35,665 bases of DNA from Acutalibacteraceae bacterium (GTDB lineage Bacteria > Bacillota > Clostridia > Oscillospirales > Acutalibacteraceae), in assembly GCA_045122755.1 (NCBI GenBank), contig JBGVHY010000091.1, positions 1 to 35,665 on the forward strand. The letters are read 5' to 3'. Shown here in pieces: positions 27,024 to 35,665 of the stretch. The stretch's first letter is position 1; the number at the start of each line of letters is the position of its first letter. Made by a program: the position numbers and the translations under genes. The notes beneath the pieces are model-generated. The model did not search any database and was not told the DNA's origin. It saw only the letters and a list, made by a program, of their open reading frames with translations.

Positions 27024-27242
27024 ATGGCCAAAGCGGATAACATTGAGTTACAGGGTACTGTTGTTGAAGCATTACCTAATGCAACATTTAAGGTAGAGCT
27101 TCAGAACGGTCACATTATTTCAGCCCACATATCCGGTAAGTTAAGAATGAATTACATTCGTATTCTTCCGGGCGATAAGGTAACAGTTGAAATGTCACCT
27201 TATGATTTAACAAAAGGACGCATTACATGGCGTTCAAAGTAG
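27024..27242 (+). CDS. infA: Translation initiation factor IF-1
   Basis: 72 aa. [26 protein letters not shown]. Confidence 0.97.
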   Translation: MAKADNIELQGTVVEALPNATFKVELQNGHIISAHISGKLRMNYIRILPGDKVTVEMSPYDLTKGRITWRSK

Positions 27243-27293
27243 GATAACAAACTAAATCCGAAATTTTATAACAAAAATCGGTCTTTTGTTTAA

Positions 27294-27425
<132 letters not shown>

Positions 27426-27454
27426 GGCGATAATGTTTTCGGAGGTGTAATAAA

Positions 27455-27823
27455 ATGGCACGAATTTCCGGTGTTGACTTGCCTAATAACAAGCGAGTAG
27501 AAATTGGACTTACCTATATTTTTGGTATCGGTCTCACAACATCAAAAAAGATTTTGGCTGAAACAGGCGTAAATCCTGACACAAGATGTAAGGATCTTTC
27601 AGAGGACGATGTAGCAAAACTTCGTGAGTATATCGAGCATAACTGCAACGTAGAGGGTGACCTCAGACGTGATATCGCATTCGATATTAAGAGACTTATC
27701 GAAATCGGCAGCTACAGAGGTACTCGTCACCGTAAGGGACTCCCTGTAAGAGGTCAGAGATCAAAAACAAATGCAAGAACACGCAAAGGTCCTAAGAAGA
27801 CTATTGCTAACAAGAAGAAGTAA
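27455..27823 (+). CDS. rpsM: 30S ribosomal protein S13
   Basis: 122 aa. [26 protein letters not shown]. Confidence 0.97.
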   Translation: MARISGVDLPNNKRVEIGLTYIFGIGLTTSKKILAETGVNPDTRCKDLSEDDVAKLREYIEHNCNVEGDLRRDIAFDIKRLIEIGSYRGTRHRKGLPVRGQRSKTNARTRKGPKKTIANKKK

Positions 27824-27837
27824 GAGAGGGTTAGATT

Positions 27838-28233
27838 ATGGCAACAAAGAAAACAGCATCAACCCGCCGCCGTCGCGAGAAGAAGAATATCGAACGCGGC
27901 AGCGCACATATTCAGTCAACCTTCAACAATACTATTGTAACCATTTCAGATACTCAGGGAAATACACTTTCTTGGGCATCAGCTGGTGAATTAGGCTTCA
28001 GAGGTTCTAAAAAATCAACTCCGTTTGCTGCTCAGTCAGCTGCTGAAACAGCTGCTAAAGCTGCTATGGAGCACGGTTTAAAGACAGTTGAAGTTTTTGT
28101 TAAAGGTCCGGGTGCAGGCCGTGAAGCTGCAATCAGAGCATTGCAGACAGCAGGTTTGGAAGTTAGCCTTATCAAAGACGTAACTCCAATCCCACACAAC
28201 GGTTGCCGCCCACCAAAAAGACGTAGAGTATAA
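27838..28233 (+). CDS. rpsK: 30S ribosomal protein S11
   Basis: 131 aa. [16 protein letters not shown]...[14 protein letters not shown]. Confidence 0.97.
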   Translation: MATKKTASTRRRREKKNIERGSAHIQSTFNNTIVTISDTQGNTLSWASAGELGFRGSKKSTPFAAQSAAETAAKAAMEHGLKTVEVFVKGPGAGREAAIRALQTAGLEVSLIKDVTPIPHNGCRPPKRRRV

Positions 28234-28253
28234 TTATTAGGAGGTGCTAAAAC

Positions 28254-28880
28254 ATGGCAAGATATACAGGTCCTGTATGCAGACTTTGCCGTAGAGAAGG
28301 CGAAAAGCTTTTCTTAAAAGGTGAAAGATGCTATTCAGATAAATGTTCTATTTCTCAGAGAAATTATGCTCCTGGTCAGCATGGTCAGGGTCGTAAAAAG
28401 AACTCAGAGTATGCTACTCAGTTCCGTATGAAGCAGAAAGCTAAACGTTACTACGGTGTATTAGAGGGTCAGTTCCACAAATACTTTGTAGAAGCTGAAA
28501 GAAGACAGGGTATCACCGGTGAAATCCTTCTCCAGATTCTCGAAAGCCGTCTTGATAACATTGTTTACAGACTCGGTTTTGCTAGCAGCAGAAAAGAAGC
28601 TCGCCAGTTGGTTACTCACAACCACTTTACAGTAAACGGTAAAAAGGTAAATATTCCTTCATACCTCGTAAAAGCAGGCGATGTAATCGCAGTTAAATCA
28701 AAGAGCTTAGACAGCGTTAAAATCAAGTCAGTTCTTGAAGCTAACAGCGCACGTCCTGTTCCGGCTTGGTTAGAGCGTGATGCAAATGCAAATTCAGGTA
28801 AGGTTGTAAACCTTCCTTCAAGAGAAGATATTGACACACCTGTTGAGGAGTCACTTATCGTCGAGTTGTATTCAAAATAA
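28254..28880 (+). CDS. rpsD: 30S ribosomal protein S4 (Cys4 form)
   Basis: 208 aa. [31 protein letters not shown]. Confidence 0.96.
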   Translation: MARYTGPVCRLCRREGEKLFLKGERCYSDKCSISQRNYAPGQHGQGRKKNSEYATQFRMKQKAKRYYGVLEGQFHKYFVEAERRQGITGEILLQILESRLDNIVYRLGFASSRKEARQLVTHNHFTVNGKKVNIPSYLVKAGDVIAVKSKSLDSVKIKSVLEANSARPVPAWLERDANANSGKVVNLPSREDIDTPVEESLIVELYSK

Positions 28881-28968
28881 TTCGTCTTTCCGGATATTTA
28901 TTTTCAAATTACCGGCAGTTTTACTGCCTACAAAGCAGCAGTTTTTACTGCTAAAAGGAGGATTTTGA

Positions 28969-29916
28969 ATGATTGAAATCGAGAAGCCAAGAATAGAAGC
29001 TGAAGAGTTAGCTGAAGATGGTTCTTATGGTAGATTTTCCATTGAACCGCTTGAAAGAGGATTTGGTATCACACTTGGCAACAGCCTTCGTCGCGTACTG
29101 CTTTCTTCCCTCCCGGGCGTTGCAGTTACTTCGATAAAGATTGATGGCGTTGTGCATGAATTTTCAATAATTCCGGATGTTAAAGAGGATGTTACTGAAA
29201 TAGTTCTCAACATTAAAGGTGTTACCGCAAAGATTCACGGGGAAGCTCCTAAGGTTTGCTATATTGAAGCCGAGGGCCCTTGTGAGGTTACTGCCGGTGA
29301 CATCAAGAGCGATTCCGAAGTAGAGATTCTTAATCCTGATTTGCATATTGCAACAATTTCAGAAGGTGGCAAGCTCTTTATGGAGCTTACCTTTGATAAA
29401 GGCCGCGGATACGTTCCGGCTGAGAAAAACAAACAGGCACAACCGGTTATCGGAGTTCTTCCGGTAGACTCGATTTACACACCTGTTACTAAAGTGAATT
29501 TCAACGTTTCAAACACACGTGTTGGTCAGGTAACTGATTTTGACAAACTTACTATTGATGTATGGACTAACGGCACAATCTCCGCTCAGGAGGCTGTTGC
29601 GTTAGCTGCCAAGGTGCTCACTGAACATCTTAACTTGTTCGTTGACCTTTCTGCTGAGGCAACTCAGAGCGATATTATGGTTGAAAAAGACGATAATGCT
29701 AAGGAAAAGGTACTTGAGATGACCATTGAGGAGCTTGACCTTTCAGTTCGTAGCTTTAACTGCTTGAAGAGAGCAGGCATCAACACTGTTGAAGACTTGA
29801 CTCAGAAATCTGAAGAAGATATGATGAAAGTCAGAAACTTAGGTAGAAAATCACTTGAAGAAGTTATTCATAAGCTTGAATCTTTGGGCTTTGGACTTCG
29901 CAAAGAGGAAGAATAA
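28969..29916 (+). CDS. rpoA: DNA-directed RNA polymerase subunit alpha
   Basis: 315 aa. [21 protein letters not shown]-terminal domain motif [16 protein letters not shown]. Confidence 0.97.
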   Translation: MIEIEKPRIEAEELAEDGSYGRFSIEPLERGFGITLGNSLRRVLLSSLPGVAVTSIKIDGVVHEFSIIPDVKEDVTEIVLNIKGVTAKIHGEAPKVCYIEAEGPCEVTAGDIKSDSEVEILNPDLHIATISEGGKLFMELTFDKGRGYVPAEKNKQAQPVIGVLPVDSIYTPVTKVNFNVSNTRVGQVTDFDKLTIDVWTNGTISAQEAVALAAKVLTEHLNLFVDLSAEATQSDIMVEKDDNAKEKVLEMTIEELDLSVRSFNCLKRAGINTVEDLTQKSEEDMMKVRNLGRKSLEEVIHKLESLGFGLRKEEE

Positions 29917-29953
29917 AATTCTTATAACCACAAACTGAAAAGGAGTGAGTTAA

Positions 29954-30298
29954 ATGCCAGGTACAAGAAAACTCGGCAGAACTAGCGATCAGCGTAAAGC
30001 AAGGCTCAGAGCTATGGTTACTTTTCTTTATGAAAACGGCAAAATCGAAACAACCGTAACTCGTGCGAAAGAAGTTCGCAACATGGCTGAAAAATATATT
30101 ACTATTGCTAAAACTAACGACTTAAATGCTCGTCGTAAGGTTATGGCTTTTGTAACAAAAGAAGACGTTGTTACAAAACTCTTTAACGAAATTGCACCAT
30201 CTTACAGTGATAAAAACGGTGGTTACACCAGAATTACTAAGATTGGTCCTCGTAGAGGAGATGCCGCTGAAATGGCAATTATCGAACTTATTAAATAA
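29954..30298 (+). CDS. rplQ: 50S ribosomal protein L17
   Basis: 114 aa. [17 protein letters not shown]...[15 protein letters not shown]. Confidence 0.96.
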   Translation: MPGTRKLGRTSDQRKARLRAMVTFLYENGKIETTVTRAKEVRNMAEKYITIAKTNDLNARRKVMAFVTKEDVVTKLFNEIAPSYSDKNGGYTRITKIGPRRGDAAEMAIIELIK

Positions 30299-30313
30299 GT
30301 TTAAAGTAAGCTT

Positions 30314-30347
30314 AAATCCCCGAAGTATAAAACTTCGGGGATTTTTA
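30314..30347 (+). terminator. Intrinsic terminator ending the S10-spc-alpha cluster
   Basis: Perfect 13-bp stem aaatccccgaagt/acttcggggattt with loop ataaa, followed by a T-run. It lies between convergent rplQ and the SLOG gene. Confidence 0.88.
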
Positions 30348-30355
30348 TTGTTTAA

Positions 30356-30871
30356 TCAATGCACCGAGATATCAGCTGTATCGATTATAGTAATTTGAAT
30401 TTCATGTTTCTTTGAGAATTTAATACTTTCAATATTTGCATCTGATGCGTTATTCCAAAAAGCAATTGCGTAATCCGCACTTTTAAGCATATAGTAGCTA
30501 AGTTTTAGTATACATTTTTTTGTATAATGCTTTTGAATAAGTGTTTCTTTATCACACGCAGCTGCAATATTAAAGTATTGTTCTCTGTTTGCTTCAGACC
30601 AGTAGGCAGCCTGATTTTCAAAGGGGATTGCACATTCCAACGTTATTTGCGGATATTTCTTTTTTAAATCGAGTACAATTTGTGCAGCAAGTATATCTGT
30701 GCCGATTGACATACCGCTGATGAAATGAGTGACATTGTTTTTTACTATTTTGTTTTCTATTTCTTTTTGTAAAGTTTTTTTCAGATTAATACATTTTTCG
30801 TCCTGTTCATTGAAAAAACGGACTGTTTTCTGATTAAAATCGAAAAAACAACAAGTTTTTCCCTCTTTCAT
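30356..30871 (-). CDS. SLOG-superfamily protein, YpsA/DUF1273-like
   Basis: 171 aa. ISGMSIGTDILAAQIVLDLKKKYPQITLECAIPFENQAAYWSEANREQY aligns by eye with B. subtilis YpsA [48 protein letters not shown], recalled from memory. Confidence 0.75.
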   Translation of the reverse strand: MKEGKTCCFFDFNQKTVRFFNEQDEKCINLKKTLQKEIENKIVKNNVTHFISGMSIGTDILAAQIVLDLKKKYPQITLECAIPFENQAAYWSEANREQYFNIAAACDKETLIQKHYTKKCILKLSYYMLKSADYAIAFWNNASDANIESIKFSKKHEIQITIIDTADISVH

Positions 30872-30884
30872 TTTTATACCTCGT

Positions 30885-30929
30885 TTATTATGTATTTACG
30901 ATTGAGATTAAATCGTAAATACATAATAA
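30885..30929. promoter_or_regulatory. Perfect 19-bp inverted repeat (7-nt spacer) immediately upstream of the SLOG gene
   Basis: ttattatgtatttacgatt (30885-30903), spacer gagatta, aatcgtaaatacataataa (30911-30929). It sits 14 nt upstream of the minus-strand start codon at 30871. Confidence 0.7.
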
Positions 30930-30970
30930 CACTATTAGAATGAAAAATATGTCGAAAATTGAGAACATTT

Positions 30971-31004
30971 AAAAAAACTGCGTGAATTTTCACGCAGTTT
31001 TTTG
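30971..31004 (-). terminator. Intrinsic (bidirectional) terminator of the lipoprotein gene
   Basis: Stem ctgcgtgaa/ttcacgcag, flanked by A7 and T6. Confidence 0.8.
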
Positions 31005-31050
31005 GTTTTTTGTATTAATTGTTGTTTTTTGCTTGCTTAATCATATTCAA

Positions 31051-32232
31051 TCAGATTGTAGCTGAAACGGTTTTTGACCATTTACCGAAAACTTTCTTGC
31101 CGTCAACGCCCTTGCAGTATGCTCTTACTTTGAAGTAATACTTGCCTGATGAAGCTTTGATAGTTTTCGGGAGTTTTTTAACATTTAATGTTTTTGCACC
31201 TTTAAGATTTGAGTTTTTAGAATACTTAATCTGATAACCTGCAACATTTTTAATCGCTTTTTTCAAGGATACTGTTGAATTTTTTACCTTTACAACAGGA
31301 GTTGATTTAAAATTAGCAGTAGTTATCTTTTTAGCCGCCGAGTAAACACCTTCAACTGTGAATTTTGCATCAGAATAATAAGCTTTTACTCTGTATGAAT
31401 ATTTCTTGTTTGCAGAAATCTTCTTGTCTGTGCAGAAAAGATTAAGCGAACCATCGTAATTTTTAAGATTTTGAACAGCTACGGTTTTAAATGCTTTCCA
31501 TTTGCCGTTGCCGATTTTCTTTTCAACCTTATAGCCTGTTACGAAAGAGCTCTCTAACGGTGTCCAGCTGATTTTAAGAGTTTTTGTATTCTTATAAGCA
31601 ACTTTTAAACCTTTTACCTTTTTCGGAGTGTACTGAACTTTTGCAAGCTCTGTTATTGCGGCGTCTTTATCAGCTGCCTTTGTCCAAGCCGCAGTTGATT
31701 TCTCTGTGATGGCGTAAACAATTGTTTTGCCTTCGTTATAAGTAATTGTATAATCATCTTTTTTCTCACAGTTTGTATCGACAACTTTGTAAGGGAATTT
31801 TACAGTCATATCAGCAGTAATTTCAATTTCTGCCGCCTTAAACACTTCCTGATAATCTTCAGAGCTACTTATTGCGCCGTTGCCGTAAGCCCAGAAATCA
31901 GTTGTGGTAAATTCGCCTGCTGAGCCTAATGACTCATTAATTTCATCAAGACTGTTGGTTTTAGTTTCAACGCTGGAATAATACTTAACACCATCGATTG
32001 TTTCGGTAAGCCCATTTTTGTCAGACTCTTTTTTAAATTCATCAAACGAAGTAGTATCACCTGTTGAAGCCGCAAGCTTTTCAAGCTCTTTTTCGCTGAT
32101 TGACATTTTCATTGTAACAGCAGCTTTTCCGTCGGTTTTGATTTCAACTGTCTGAGCATAATTACAGCCCACAAGTGCTAAACACATTACAACTGCAAGT
32201 ACAAGTGCTGTTAATTTTTTAATACTTTTCAT
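31051..32232 (-). CDS. Lipoprotein with two C-terminal Fn3-like Lys-rich domains
   Basis: 393 aa. Signal peptide plus lipobox LALVGC. C-terminal repeats VKGLKVAYKNTKTLKISWTP..GYKVEKKIGNGKWKAF and GYQIKYSKNSNLKGAKT..YYFKVRAYCKGVDGKKVFGKWSK. Confidence 0.8.
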   Translation of the reverse strand: MKSIKKLTALVLAVVMCLALVGCNYAQTVEIKTDGKAAVTMKMSISEKELEKLAASTGDTTSFDEFKKESDKNGLTETIDGVKYYSSVETKTNSLDEINESLGSAGEFTTTDFWAYGNGAISSSEDYQEVFKAAEIEITADMTVKFPYKVVDTNCEKKDDYTITYNEGKTIVYAITEKSTAAWTKAADKDAAITELAKVQYTPKKVKGLKVAYKNTKTLKISWTPLESSFVTGYKVEKKIGNGKWKAFKTVAVQNLKNYDGSLNLFCTDKKISANKKYSYRVKAYYSDAKFTVEGVYSAAKKITTANFKSTPVVKVKNSTVSLKKAIKNVAGYQIKYSKNSNLKGAKTLNVKKLPKTIKASSGKYYFKVRAYCKGVDGKKVFGKWSKTVSATI

Positions 32233-32375
32233 AAATAACCTCCGTAATATAGATTTGATTTATGCTAAGTACACTTTAGCATATTATCGCGTTTTTGTCA
32301 ATGAATTTCACCGATTTTTGGCTTTTTCGGGCTTTCAGACATATAATAATAAAAAACAGATATAAGGTGATAAAT

Positions 32376-34208
32376 ATGTGTTCAATTTGCGGATTGATTA
32401 ATTTTCATGAACAGATAGAAGAAAAACTCAAACGTACAGAAACTATGGGCAGGACTATGAAACACAGAGGAATGGACGACGACGGCAGTTTTGAATTTGC
32501 TTACGGCGCTTTACAGCACAACCGTCTATCAGTAATGGACCCTGAAAACGGCAGACAGCCAATGAGCGCAAAAAAAGACGGTAAAACCTACACAATTGTC
32601 TATAACGGCGAGGTTTACAATTGCGATGAGCTTCGCAAACAGCTAAATGAAGAGGGAATAAATTTTAAAACAAATTGCGATACCGAGGTAGTACTTTATA
32701 CTTATATGTTGTACGGCGAGAAGTGCGTCGAAATGCTTAACGGCATTTTTGCATTTGCAATTTATGACGAGAAACAAGAACATATATTTTTAGCTCGTGA
32801 CAGATTCGGTATAAAGCCGTTTTTCTATTCGGTTTTTGGAAGTACATTCGCTTTTGCGTCTGAAATAAAAGCATTACTAACACTGCCTGAAATAAAGCCG
32901 ATTGTAGACGAAAAGGGAATATGGCAGCTGCTTTTCTTAGCGCCGATTACGCTTGAGGGATATACGGTTTTCAAAGATATTTTGGAGATAAAACCAGGCT
33001 ATTGCGGTACTTTTTCAAAAGAAGGGCTCTCTTTATATAAATACTTTGAATTAATACCCGAGCGGCTTGATGTCACCCCGAGCGAGGCGGCTGACGAAGT
33101 AAAACGTCTGCTCGAAGATACGGTGAAAAGACAGGTTATATCCGATGTACCGCTCTGCACATTTCTTTCAGGTGGTCTTGATTCCTCTGCGCTTTCAGCA
33201 CTTGCCGCAAGGGAATATGTGAAAAAAGGCAGGATTCTTTCAACCTATTCATTTGAGTATGAGGATAATAAAAAGAATTTTAAACAGTCGTTATTTCAGC
33301 CTCAGGGCGATGATGATTTTGCGATTTATCTGGCTGAAGTGCTCGGCACAGACCATACTGTGTTGACAGTTCCAACTCAAACCGTCGCAGATTATCTCAC
33401 AAAAGCAGTTCATTACCGCGATTTTCCCGGTCAGGCTGATATCGATTCCTCATTGCTGTATTTTTGCGCACAGGTAAAGAAAAATCATACCGTTGCAATG
33501 TCAGGGGAGTGTTCCGATGAGATTTTCGGTGGTTATCCTTGGTTTTATCGCGAAGAAATGCTTTATTCCGACTTTTTCCCGTTTGTTCACGACCCGTTTG
33601 CGAGAATAAATCTCTTTAATAAGAATAAGGTAAAGCCTGATGAGGGCTATAAATATATGTCGGGAGTTTACAGAAATGATATCGACTCGGTGCGTGTGCT
33701 TGAAAGCGATTCCGAGGCTTCTAAAACTGCGCGAGTTGCTACTATCCTTTCGGTAAAATACTTTATGACAAATCTGCTTGAACGAAAAGACCGAATGAGT
33801 ATGGCTTCGTCACTTGAGGTGCGCGTGCCGTTTGCCGATCATAGGCTTGCTCAGTTCGTTTACAATGTACCTTGGGAGATAAAATTTGAAAATGCGCAAG
33901 AAAAGGCGCTGCTCAGAAACGCTATGCGAGATTATCTGCCTGATAAGATTTTATGGCGCAAAAAGTCGCCTTACCCGAAAACCCACAACCCGAAATACGA
34001 GCAGCTTGTTACCGAAATGCTTGAAAACAGGCTTAAAAACGGCATCGACCGTTTAGCGGAAATTCTCGATTTCGATGTTTACAAAGCGCTGAAGGAGAAG
34101 GATAATATAACCTGGTTCGGTCAGCTTATGGCGAAACCTCAGCTTTTTGCGTGGCTTTTACAGCTTGATTATTTCTTAGAAAATTATAATTGTATAATAA
34201 ATTGTTAA
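32376..34208 (+). CDS. asnB: Asparagine synthase (glutamine-hydrolysing)
   Basis: Trimmed to the ATG at 32376 so that the product begins MCSICG, as required for the Ntn-amidotransferase Cys2 nucleophile. PP-loop FLSGGLDSSA. About 610 aa. Confidence 0.9.
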   Translation: MCSICGLINFHEQIEEKLKRTETMGRTMKHRGMDDDGSFEFAYGALQHNRLSVMDPENGRQPMSAKKDGKTYTIVYNGEVYNCDELRKQLNEEGINFKTNCDTEVVLYTYMLYGEKCVEMLNGIFAFAIYDEKQEHIFLARDRFGIKPFFYSVFGSTFAFASEIKALLTLPEIKPIVDEKGIWQLLFLAPITLEGYTVFKDILEIKPGYCGTFSKEGLSLYKYFELIPERLDVTPSEAADEVKRLLEDTVKRQVISDVPLCTFLSGGLDSSALSALAAREYVKKGRILSTYSFEYEDNKKNFKQSLFQPQGDDDFAIYLAEVLGTDHTVLTVPTQTVADYLTKAVHYRDFPGQADIDSSLLYFCAQVKKNHTVAMSGECSDEIFGGYPWFYREEMLYSDFFPFVHDPFARINLFNKNKVKPDEGYKYMSGVYRNDIDSVRVLESDSEASKTARVATILSVKYFMTNLLERKDRMSMASSLEVRVPFADHRLAQFVYNVPWEIKFENAQEKALLRNAMRDYLPDKILWRKKSPYPKTHNPKYEQLVTEMLENRLKNGIDRLAEILDFDVYKALKEKDNITWFGQLMAKPQLFAWLLQLDYFLENYNCIINC

Positions 34209-34326
34209 CTTTTGCTTGGCAATTTTCATAAACTCGCTTGCTTATATTTGTATTATCTCATAATTGTAAAAAAATCAAAATCATGTTATCATATATTATA
34301 GGATAATTCTGTTAGGAGCGAATATT

Positions 34327-35619
34327 ATGAAGAAAATTATTTGTTTATGTTTATCATTTTTGATGGTATTTTCTGTGTTTACAACATTTTCGGTTGTAAA
34401 TGCTGCTGAAGTTATCTACGGAGATGTCAATTCCGACGGCGTTGTGGATATGAGGGATTTGCTTTTTTTCAGAAAATATCTTGCTAAAATGACAGGATAT
34501 AACAATAAGACTATCAACTCCGTTAATGCGGATATCAACTGCAACGGCAAGATTAACGATTTGTTAGATGTAAAATATCTTATAATGCATCTTTCAAAAG
34601 AAAAACTGATTACAAATGCTAAAACCTATACAATGGATGCTTTTGAAAATTGTATTACCCTCTGCGGAAGAGCAGTTTCAGAAGACGGTGCAATTAAGCT
34701 TTCGCAGTCTGCAAGTGGTTTCAAATTTAAAGCCAACTGTGAAGGTGATATTCAGATACTTCTTACTACTGCAAGCAACGGAAAGCTTGTTGTAACAGTT
34801 GATGAGGATTATGATAATGCTGTAACTGTTGATGTCAGCGCAAATACAGGTAAATATTATGTTGAGCTTGGGCTTGAAAAAGGCGAGCATACAATTATGA
34901 TTCAGAAGGCTACCGAGTGGTCAGTAAACAGTTTATTTACTATCAACGGTCTTGCTTTCTCGGGTGAATTCGGCGCTGAACCGCCTGAGGCAAAAACACG
35001 TAGAATTGAATTTTACGGTGACTCTATCACAAGCGGCTACGGTAACCTTACCTACAACGGTCAGTCAAGAGCAGGCAGTTGGGAATATCAGGACGGTTGT
35101 AAAACTTATGCTGCATTCACAGCAAACGCTTTGAACGCTGATTACGCGGTAGCATCTGCAAGCGGTCACGGTGTTATTACTGGTCTTGGTAGCGCTACTC
35201 AGACTTATGATAAATTCTTTGATTATTCATTGATTGATACAAAAACTGCTTGGTCTAGAGCAGATTATGATGCTGATTTAATCGTAATAAATTATGGCTC
35301 GAATGATAACACAAAAAAAGGCTATGACCTTGATACCGCGGCTTTTGAGGCTGAGTGTTCAAAGATTATCGAGGGTATGAGAGAAGAAAATCCTGATGTG
35401 CAAATTCTTTGGGTAATCGGTATGAACACTGTTGAAGATTCTGCGCCGGTTATAACAAGCCTTAAGAATATTGATGAAAAATATGATTATGTGAATTTTT
35501 ATAAAGCAACTGCAAAACACAGCGGCGGTGACTCACACCCGACAGTAGCGGAGCATAAATTCCATGCTGAAGGTCTTGTTGCTAAGATAAAGGCGCTTTA
35601 TCCTGATATGTTTGAATAA
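34327..35619 (+). CDS. Secreted N-terminal-dockerin SGNH/GDSL hydrolase (CE2-like carbohydrate esterase architecture)
   Basis: 430 aa. Signal peptide. Dockerin type I Ca-binding repeats DVNSDGVVDMRD and DINCNGKINDLLD. A beta-sandwich-like middle region. SGNH blocks FYGDSITSGYG, NYGSNDN and GGDSHP. Confidence 0.8.
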   Translation: MKKIICLCLSFLMVFSVFTTFSVVNAAEVIYGDVNSDGVVDMRDLLFFRKYLAKMTGYNNKTINSVNADINCNGKINDLLDVKYLIMHLSKEKLITNAKTYTMDAFENCITLCGRAVSEDGAIKLSQSASGFKFKANCEGDIQILLTTASNGKLVVTVDEDYDNAVTVDVSANTGKYYVELGLEKGEHTIMIQKATEWSVNSLFTINGLAFSGEFGAEPPEAKTRRIEFYGDSITSGYGNLTYNGQSRAGSWEYQDGCKTYAAFTANALNADYAVASASGHGVITGLGSATQTYDKFFDYSLIDTKTAWSRADYDADLIVINYGSNDNTKKGYDLDTAAFEAECSKIIEGMREENPDVQILWVIGMNTVEDSAPVITSLKNIDEKYDYVNFYKATAKHSGGDSHPTVAEHKFHAEGLVAKIKALYPDMFE

Positions 35620-35633
35620 ATTTAAAAAAATAC

Positions 35634-35662
35634 TTGACAAATCTTTAGTGTTGTGTTATTAT
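35634..35662 (+). promoter_or_regulatory. Strong candidate sigma-A promoter (TTGACA-17-TATTAT with TGn) firing out of the window
   Basis: TTGACA at 35634-35639, a 17-nt spacer, TATTAT at 35657-35662, preceded by TGT. The downstream gene is not in the window. Confidence 0.6.
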
Positions 35663-35665
35663 ATT

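Noticed and set aside
32295-32375. 27-codon N-terminal extension of asnB
   Set aside because: Class II (Ntn) glutamine amidotransferases need Cys as the first residue after Met removal. The internal start gives MCSICG. The extension overlaps the putative promoter (TATAAT at 32342-32347).

Overview
This window looks like a low-GC Firmicutes (Clostridia) chromosome. By eye it resembles Ruminococcus/Oscillospiraceae: a dockerin-bearing esterase, a BspA-type LRR surface protein, and an adhE-hydS-hydA cluster like the one I recall for Ruminococcus albus. No search was run, so the taxon is a guess.

Layout:
- 1-5.2 kb: accessory surface genes. An M23 peptidase, then a small orphan protein plus a 1040-aa LRR surface protein, preceded by a riboswitch-like leader.
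- 5.3-13.7 kb: a fermentation and redox module. It runs adhE, APH-fold kinase, two thioredoxin-like [2Fe-2S] ferredoxins, PAS-containing sensory [FeFe]-hydrogenase (HydS-like), SpoIIE/PP2C phosphatase, and a group-B-like [FeFe]-hydrogenase. A near-perfect Clostridial Rex box lies upstream of adhE.
- 13.8-14.5 kb: a Phd/Doc toxin-antitoxin cassette bracketed by two identical 35-nt copies of a terminator hairpin.
- 14.65-30.3 kb: the complete S10-spc-alpha ribosomal protein cluster, 31 genes from rpsJ to rplQ. It includes secY, adk, map, infA, rpoA and the unlisted 37-aa rpmJ. A roughly 315-nt structured leader precedes it.
- 30.3-35.7 kb: a YpsA/SLOG protein, an Fn3-type lipoprotein, asnB and an N-terminal-dockerin SGNH esterase.

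No rRNA, tRNA, CRISPR array, transposase or integrase was seen.

Best candidates for undescribed biology:
- the terminator/antiterminator leader at 1.32-1.52 kb;
- the unresolved output of the hydS-kinase-phosphatase hydrogen-sensing cluster;
- the terminator-flanked TA cassette;
- the long S10 leader.

All structural claims come from manual base-pair inspection. No folding energies or database searches were computed.
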